From contig OZ176051.1 in NCBI GenBank assembly GCA_964247055.1, positions 14,570,001-14,634,000 of the forward strand: a stretch of 64,000 nucleotides of DNA, written 5' to 3'. The notes beneath the pieces are model-generated. The model was given only the letters and a program-made list of their open reading frames with translations. It was not told the DNA's origin and ran no database searches. The first letter of the stretch is position 1, and each line of letters starts with the position of its first letter. Made by a program: the position numbers and the translations under genes. This DNA comes from Paragordius varius (Eukaryota > Animalia > Nematomorpha). This document shows, piece after piece, positions 55,116 through 64,000 of the stretch.

Positions 55116-56844
55116 CTGTATAGATTCAATATTTGGTTAGACATGTATATGTGCGTTGAGTTGGCGAATGTTCGTCATGACATATACAATTTTATCATCA
55201 AGGGTCAGTCCTGAAAAAACATAACTTTTCAATCAATTAAGTCATCCATTTAATGGTAAAATTTTTCAAATTAAAATAAATGCATTTAAAAACTTTCATT
55301 TGAATTTATTAAATTCATTATTCATTATGTAATTAATAAAGTCCATATTAATATATTGAGTTGGTCTAATCATCACAATCTTCCAAATCATATTTCATTA
55401 TTATCTATATTATCTAAATTTATATCGAAATATTAAAATTTTTTCAAACTCAAAAATAATTTGAAAAATTATTTAGTAAACATCATAATGTAATAAGTAA
55501 AAGGAATTTTTATAAAGACAATCATTGTTTTTCCCATATTCACTAATTACGATTGAAGAAAAAGGTATAAAAATATCATCTGTATTCCCCGATTGTGCAA
55601 CCCAAATGATGAAATAGAAAATATATTTAATTGGCTTTAAAAAAAATATATTTTAGTTTTTAAGTTATGTCATCATGATTTCATTATGATAAAATACATC
55701 ATTTAATTGGCTTGTATCGATAACCAGAATATGGTGGCCCAATAATAATAATCGCAATTGAAAAAAACCAAAAGAAATTAATAAAAGATTTAATTAAATC
55801 TCCTTTAGTAAAATCGTTGATTAATTATTACCTACAACGTCCAAATCTATAATTATAGTAAATATTATAATTTAAGAGTCGTAGTTTGTAGTTATTTTAG
55901 TGTTTTAAACAGAGAAAAAGTTTTAAAATCTGGGTTACATTTCATATGATACTAACAAAAGTATTTATAATTTTAAAACTTTAACAATTGCTCCGATATT
56001 CATAATCGAGTTGGTTATATTTAAATTTTTTTATTATTTTTCCATAGTAATGAGGCATTAAAAATATCCGATTTAAATCAAACGGTAAAAAGATGATAAA
56101 AATCGTAATGATGTAACGTTAATAAAAAATTGTAATGTTAGCTTTGTAAGGCAGCAACATGAAAGATAGGCTAACGTGGGAATAATTTGAAGGCGATTTG
56201 AGTTCTTTATGATTTTATATTTTCAATTTAGGAGCAGTTGGTTAAATAAAACAACATGTGATATGTTTTGTGCAATAGAAATATCAATAAAATTTTATAT
56301 ACTAATCATTAAGGTCAAAAATGGATGAAATCATTTGTGAAAAGATATATAATGGAGAGTGAGCAAGAAAGAAAGTTAATGATTAAGGGTGGACGGATTT
56401 TACATTTAATAATTATGTATTGCATACATCATAATAATTTATTATATAAATTGATTTAACCGTTTTTTGGGAAGAGCACGCAAGTGATTATAATAATCGT
56501 AGTGCATTTTTATATTAAACAATTTGTTGAATCTCGAGCAATTAATTAATCCATAAATAATATATAATTTATGAAACCATATTTTAAATGGCATCGTAAA
56601 GCATAAAATAGACTATATTGGTTTTGGTATACCGAAATTAGAGATGCGCATTATATTATAAATAAAAACAGTTAACAGTTGTTTGAGGAAACAACGAGAG
56701 TATATAAACTCAAGCTGACAAATCGCTTGAATATATAAATGAAGTTAAATAGCTGGTTCTTGACATGACCGCCATTAACAAAATTATTGGAATAAATATG
56801 AATTTTAAAAAATTCACAATAAAATATAAAATTTAGATCCTTAC

Positions 56845-59800
56845 ATTGTTCTATGTCTATGGCGTCTTCAATTAATAAGAAGATAAATGTAATTATGAAA
56901 CAGGTAAAAATTTAGGTAAAACCATTTATGTCTTCGGATAATTCTGCCATATATAAATAAAAAAATAAATGCAAATACAGTAAAAGTTGGAATTATACGG
57001 ACAAAACTTAAAATATAAAGACAAATATTTTTTTGTAAAAGACAACATACTTAATTTTGATTTAATTATAACTCTTTGAACAACAAAGTATAAAATAGAG
57101 ATGTATATTAGTAAAACAATCAATTATATATTTTACCATTAGGATGAATTAAGGTTCAAAAAAGTATGGTTGTTTTTAAAAATATTATCTTAATATTTTA
57201 ACTTTTTTCCGTATTTCAAATTTACTGTATATAGCTTACCCACTATATTTTGATCGCTGGCTAAATAAAATTAGTTTTAAACTGTTTATCGCTTTTATTA
57301 TGTATATATATTAAATAACCTTGAGTTGCGGATGTACTGTCTAGAGTAACGATATAAAAAAATTTAAGATCTTGCATTTTTTGAATTAGATTAGGCATTT
57401 AATTTAAATAATTCTACCAATGAATCCTTGTTCAAGATCTGGTATATAAAACCCAAAATATGATGGTAAATTATATGTTTTTATAATTTATAATGATTTT
57501 TAATAATTATTAATTACCTTGAAATCCATCTTCAACGCCTGATGATAATATATTATAAGATAATCATACCTTCTAAGAGACGCCTCAAATCTGGGAAAAA
57601 ATAAATATTAAAACACTCTAAGAATCACGTGTTTGGAATAAATCAAAGTTTTATTAAATATAGCGATCCCACTCTATGTGGCCTTGTCCTAACCAACTAT
57701 TTTCTTAACGTTAAAAGCCATTATTCCAATTTATTACCTTTTCTGCTTACTTCCAATTATAAATCACCCTCCATTCTAATCTACTCAATCAAAAGACACC
57801 CATAAGAGTTTCTTTGTTTATATTTTAGCTAATTGGCCCATCCACACTTTATTTAATTATCTTCGGTTGTGCCATTGGAGTACAGCTAGCTTATTCATTT
57901 AACAATTTCTTAAATTGAATTATTGAATCTGTGCCAAAACCACAAACTCTATTTTTATCCTAAACCAATTGAACATCTTTTCAAGCAAGTTGTTAACTTT
58001 CTATTTAATTTATCCATATAAGAACAATCGGCAGACATTAGAGTCCAATTAATACCGCATTCGGAAAATTTGAATCATAGAAATTAACAAGGCTGATCCT
58101 TATAATACTTTTTGTATAAATTATAATCAAAAACACGGTCCATCTTTGTTTTGATTGAATGTCTTTTGTACACGGATTACAACTCATTAAATAAATGTAC
58201 AAATATCCTTTTATTAAATACCATCTTACTTGAAAAACTTTAACGAAACTATGAATCTCTTTATTTTTTTCACATTTTGATGCAGGAATCGATCGGAATC
58301 AAATGTAGCTGCTCCCGTAAAAACATCAAAAAAATATATAAACAAAACGTAAAAAACACAATTTTTTTTAAGGAAACACATTATTTTTCAATTGATATCT
58401 AATAGATCAAATTTTAAATTTTTTTTAATAATTGTTTGTTATTTGTGTTATGTTTTTCTTGTATATTTTAAATTTTAGTCTTTAAAATCTTTTGTTTTCT
58501 TATTTAAAAATATAAGCACCATATGACCTTGTTTAATTCGATAAAGGCTTCTTTTATAAATTCTTTCGTTACTTTGTCAATAAACCTACCATCTTTTTAA
58601 AAACAATTTCCAGCACATGTTTTGTTCAAATGTTCCCTGTATTTCGTCCTTTGCGATATTATAAATATGAAATTTTTTTGCATATTCCTTATCTAAGAGT
58701 TTTCCCGCTAATTATCATCGGCATATTCCCTATATCTAATATTCCGTATTACCATATCTCAAAATACATTTTTTCCAACTTTAACATACACCTTATTACG
58801 CGTCTGTTTATAACATATTATTATCTTTGTTTATAGCCATTGTACCGGTTAAACATCTTTTTGCCATCGATGCCTATAAAGGTGCTTTGTATTTCATCAA
58901 CAAATCACGTAGTCAACATATATACGTTGAAATCATTTAATTATCTTTAAATGGATTCTATACCTATTATATATTAAATGGTGAAATTTAACAAGATTGT
59001 TTTTTCTAATAATATTAACTCTTATCAGGCACAATCCTAGAAACTAAAGTGTCCGAAATTGATATCCAAATCAAATCATGAGTTTAAATTGCTAATTTTT
59101 GTAAATTCTTGACAATTTGATTTTATTACATTTAAAAGCATTTGTTGTGCATAAACAATAAAGTTGTTGAAAGGAATTTTAAATTGACATTCAAAACCAT
59201 TGTATTATTTAACTTGAATAATTCATTCCAAGTTTAGGACGTTTATTTTACCAACACTGTTTCGTATTACTAATAAAATCAATAGTTGCTGTTTTATGCA
59301 ACTCCGCCTAACGCACTTTGGGAAGAATTTCCAAAAGACTGTATCTAAACACTGTTAATCGTTTAATCAAATCATTTAAAATTGGTTGATTGATCCTAGT
59401 CTCTCATATCACCAAACATAATTTTGAGTTATTTAAGATTATAAAATAAGTTAAAGAGATATATCGAATTGCCTCTAAAATAAATATCTATATAAATCAA
59501 TTTTGCTTAACTATATAAATGTAAATGACTTAATTATATTGATATTATTCAAGATTCATACAGCCATTTTAGAGAAGATAATAATTATCGGACCAATCTT
59601 TATTAGCATATATTATGATTGTAACCCAATAGTGGCAAACTTACATTAATATATATATTACTTGAGATTTGAACCCTTAAAACTGTCATGCAAAGAATAT
59701 GTATAATTTAGAATGTTTTTAATAATGAAAAATAATTACTTTGAAGGGAATCTAATTATATTTGGCTATCAATACATGTAAATACTTGATTCACTCATAG

Positions 59801-62800
59801 CTGCACAAAATTTAATTTAACATTTTACCATTCAAATGGGTTTCAATTCCCACTTCACTCATGCGCAAAACTGAAAAAATAATTGGATCGTTATTATTCA
59901 AAGTTTTATAAAGCCAAAAAAATTAAAATTCTGATTAAACTAGCATATATTACACAGATTCGTAATTATAACAATAATCATACATGCGATATTAAAAAAA
60001 TAATTTAAAAAATCGCATTCTTTTGATAAGCATGTTTGTGTTTTTTAAGTCGATTCCAATTAAGACCAATTTGACCAAAGTACAAATTAGTGTTTTTTTA
60101 ATCCAATGCCTAACATTGTAAGAAAAAATTTTGATCCCATTAATTATCGATAAAAAATATAAATCACTGATAAAAACTTTTAATTATGTATATTAGGGAA
60201 CTAATAATGATTATAATAAAACAATTCTTCTACAAAACATAATGAATTAACACGAAATAAAAAAATTTATTTGATTTTTATCGTACTCATAACCAATTAT
60301 GTATATTTTAACTAATATTCTGTAGTTAATATATAAATATTTTAATAGGCATTATCCTCATTAAATACTCTAGGTTGACGCTAAATATAAAACTTATCAA
60401 AGGATTTAAGAAAATAATCATTCAGTGCTATATTTTGCCATAAGCTTTGCTGAAAATATAACAAAATATTGCGCCTACTGTTAAAATTATTATTTTTTTA
60501 TTCAAAAGCGTTATCCGTTTGTTTATCCCAAGTAGAGTAGATAAAAGTAGAACATTTAAAATGACTGTACGAATATTTTGGAATCTTTTGAGGAATATAA
60601 TATTTTGAAAATATTACACTTTACTCCCTTAGTGCAGGAGTCTCCAGGACGCATGGCTTCGTGGACCGCAATTTTTAAAAACAGTGCCAAGCATTCAAAA
60701 ATTGATAAATATTTTGTGAGATGTTTTAAAAAATAAAATAATTGCACAAATTTAACCACGTTTAATTAACTTATTTTTGCTATTATTAAGTGTCTTTTTA
60801 GTTAATTCAAAATCAGCTTATCCAATTAGAGCCTACTACTTAAAATTTCTAGCAGGCCGCACATAATGCAGTAAATATTGAAATAAATCTGTGATTACGC
60901 ACACCGTTTGGAATATCTTATAATGACTGGTAAAACGGGAGGAAAAAGGAAGCACGGCCATTTAAAATGCACTAAGCTAAAAATCTGACTTAAAACACAA
61001 ACATTTCATAACAAAATCTTATACCCTTATTTACAACAGTAATTTGGAGAAAATTCACCTAGGAAAAGCTATAATAAACCACTTTATCTACATTCAAACA
61101 TCATATATTAATGTTCTGACTATCGTTTATAATTCAATTATTCATTTTACCAAAATTGTGTGGGTTAACTAATAATTATTTGTGTGACTGATGAATACTA
61201 CCTCTGTCATTTTCATCCTATGGAGTATTTTCCATAAAAATATAAATAATAATTTTATGCACATGAAATCTGCTAGAATTTTAATATTAAATGATTTCCC
61301 CATCAAAATCGTGTCATAATACCAAAATAGCAGAAAGCTCACTTTTTGAATTGGCCAGATATTTGAGCATAATTTAGGCCTTAAAGCCTGAAAAAACGGC
61401 TCAAAGTTTGAAGTTTTAGCGTTATATTATATATTTCATGAATTTAAAACACTTTTGCATTTGTCTATATTTCTGCTTGTTATAAATTCAACATTTACCA
61501 TACCTCTTTCTAGAATTCGTGTATCTTAAAATTAGGGTAAGTTATATAAAAATGTACTGGAAATTAAATTTTCCACTTCCTCCATCATTATTTCGGCTCC
61601 TAAATTAAGAAAAAGTTTAGCATAAAGTTTTTTGATTTGTGTATTCGGTGCCTTACTTGCTCCCATATTGTATAAAGCTAAATATTATTGAAAATATATA
61701 ATATTTTATTTTAATTAATATCATTCCAAATATTATGTAATTTACCTATCCGTAAATTCTCTGTGCCTATCATTGTTACACAATATATATTATTGAATTT
61801 AAAAATTAATATTATTTATATTGTATATTCTAATATTAAAAAATCTGAAAACATTTTCCCACTTCCTGATGTGGGGCAGTTATCACAAAAGTGCAAATAC
61901 TTGCACATAACTAAAAGAAAGCACCATTAGAATCCTATTAGATTACAGATTATACATAATACGTACATATATATCATGGCTTCACACAACCGGAACCCGA
62001 TTCATGAGATTTTTCAAACCGTTCGAGTTTTATTCACACAGGAAAACACAGACGGGGTTGTAAAATTGCAGGATGCATTTCCTATTTTCTGAATCAAAAT
62101 ATTAACAATTTTTTTCTAAATCTCTCCTAACACAAGTGAATCATTGGAATAATTATTTCATAACTTTCTTTTATATATTGATATATGGATACATTATTAT
62201 TTATCTAGACTCAAATCTGAGCACATTATATTATTATATTAAACTTTGGGGACACGGATATTGAGGCTTCTAAGAAATAAAACCTAATTCAATTGACGAC
62301 TAATTCTATAATAAACTCTCAGATGGGCTGTTCAACCAAGTAACCGATTTATAAAATTTGGCAGATATGTAGCTGCACCAGTTCATTCGTAGACTTTTCT
62401 TGATGTTATTTTTATATTTTTTAGATATGTGAATAGCCTGACGACGGTGTGGTACAATCATTTTTATCGATTTCATTCATGGATGTGACACCTATCCTAA
62501 AGAGACTTATCGCCTATCTATAATCATTTACTTGGCTATTTAATTTAATGTTTTTATAACTCTTGATATTTTGATTTTATATTATTATATAAAATTTTTG
62601 TATGAAAATCATTTATGAAAAACCCCTAATTAAAACAAAACCGATTCCAAAACCGGTTCTTTCGATACCATTAAATTATCGACCCAGTTGCGGTTTTTTT
62701 ACTCATGAACCACCCCGGAGGCAGTTCCTAAATAACAAGCACCGCGGTTTCATTTTCGATTACTAGAAGCCATGCCTCCATTTTTTTTGGCCCAGCTCGA

Positions 62801-63456
62801 TGCTCTGACATATACATATATAAACAAATATATTAGATATATCGTATCTAGATCTACCGAATTGATCCACGATTTCTCGAGCTATATAATCAAAAATATC
62901 TGTATAACTAATATTTGGGTGATTATTTTCGACATAAAATAATTACCATTTTGTATTTCCTCTGTCGTAGGTTCTGGTCTATTAGCTAAATATAAATTAT
63001 TTAATTTTATTATTCTAAGTTCATACGTATATTTTTTATATATATTATATGTGAATTTAAACCAATATCTTCTGTATCTAAGCTGTCTGTTTTTGCAGAT
63101 GGATTTCCTATAAAACAATTTATAACGAATCATATATGCGGAAATTAATTAGTGTATTACCTTCACTTTCAGAATCTACAACAAAATTAATTGATTGTAC
63201 ATAATTGAAAATAAATTATTTGATATGTAATTACTCAAATTTGAATCAGACTGAGAAGGTTGATTATTCCCAGCATCAGCTCTTGACTCTGTTGGTGGAT
63301 TTTCTGGGATTTCTTCATTTTGACTCTCTTCAACAGTCGGGTTTTCGTTGTTGGCGAGATTGTTTGGTATATTTTCGCCCCCTAACTCGATATCATTGAT
63401 GCCTTGTGCGATAGCTACAACTTCTGGTGTTTCCGAGGCTCCAGCACCCACAATGG
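56845..63456 (-). CDS. Micro-exon gene, copy B (inverted paralog of copy A; 5' part probably beyond the window end)
   Basis: Minus-strand AG/GT-bounded phase 1-1 exons in the same order and sizes as copy A: 63235-63456 (222), 63063-63107 (45), 62947-62985 (39), 62858-62881 (24), 61657-61677 (21), 61558-61599 (42), 61504-61524 (21), 59829-59870 (42), 59786-59800 (15), 59740-59751 (12), 59662-59682 (21), 57572-57592, 57518-57538, 57418-57438, 57320-57340, 57240-57260, 56923-56943, 56845-56865 (each 21). Example pairs: DRPEYTPEEIEN/NRPEPTTEEIQN, VEDEFH/VEDGFQ, SDQNIV identical. Confidence 0.87.
56978..57227. mobile_element. Same TA-flanked MITE family, inside an intron of copy B
   Basis: TA|CAGTAAAAGTTGGAATTATACGGACAAAA ... 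TTCAAATTTACTG|TA. Further full or half copies near 11950-12390, 16290-16540, 17160-17370, 17860, 22420-22670, 41050, 43600, 45190, 47080, 49985-50260, 50700, 54400 and 63540. Confidence 0.85.
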
Positions 63457-64000
63457 CTGAAAATATTAATATTTTGATGATCCCCGAAATTTGATTGAAA
63501 TTAACAGTGTAACATGGTAAAATTTAATTTTAGTCAAAAATATTAAAATTGTCGGACGGTTTTATGAACACAACCAATTTTTAAAATTAAAATTCTTATA
63601 TTTTATTTCATACTATACCGATTCTGATTTGTTATCGACAAAGAGCTCACTGCCAAATTTGCCTGATTTTTTTATTTTACCCTATCTATTTCCTTGGGAA
63701 TGTAAATTTATTCTTGGATATGTATTTTAGTACAGTTCTTTAATTATTATAAAATATTTTATTGATTGCACTTTTAAAAGTAAATTTAATATATAACACA
63801 ACAATAATATATATAGATAATAATATATAATCTGATTGTTTTGTTAATACATTTTAATTTATAATAATTAAGAGAATCGTACCGCAAAAATGGAACAAAA
63901 TTTTGCACGTGTGAAAACATGTAATGTAATAAAAGATAAATTTCTTCAATTTTGAAATACTAGAGAGAGACGATAGTACAAAAGAAAGCATTACTGTTAA

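Noticed and set aside
57650-58950. Possible old retroelement in the large intron of copy B (similar debris at 38480-39120 and 24300-24560)
   Set aside because: Composition is suggestive, but no diagnostic motif could be read.
61975-62774. Element bounded by CATGGCTTC / GAAGCCATG with AACCG-rich ends, expanding an intron of copy B
   Set aside because: Only a 9-bp inverted match and no TSD; probably a decayed DNA transposon, but not supportable as a defined feature.

Overview
Very AT-rich (roughly 25% GC by eye) eukaryotic, almost certainly invertebrate-animal, genomic DNA with tiny spliceosomal introns. The main discovery is invisible to the ORF track: two paralogous micro-exon genes in convergent orientation, copy A (+ strand, about 15.1-24.2 kb, 21 exons resolved) and copy B (- strand, about 63.5-56.8 kb, 18 exons resolved). 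Every exon is phase-1 symmetric, most are 12-45 bp (ten are exactly 21 bp = 7 codons), and several introns are only 28-41 bp. Exon lengths match between copies (the large exon differs by one codon) while the amino acids diverge unevenly. Between the copies lies an IGFBP-domain gene (- strand, 33.1-36.5 kb) with an in-frame TGA. The rest is transposon-derived: a near full-length degenerate RTE-type LINE inside an intron of copy A, other RT remnants, a decayed SPIN/Buster-like hAT transposase with a matching MITE, a triple hAT/Helitron/hAT nest, tandem Helitron copies, an abundant TA-flanked MITE family and two sister MITE families built on 21-bp TTCAA-N8-TTGAA units. All exon models were read by hand from splice signals, reading frame and paralog conservation and need transcript confirmation.
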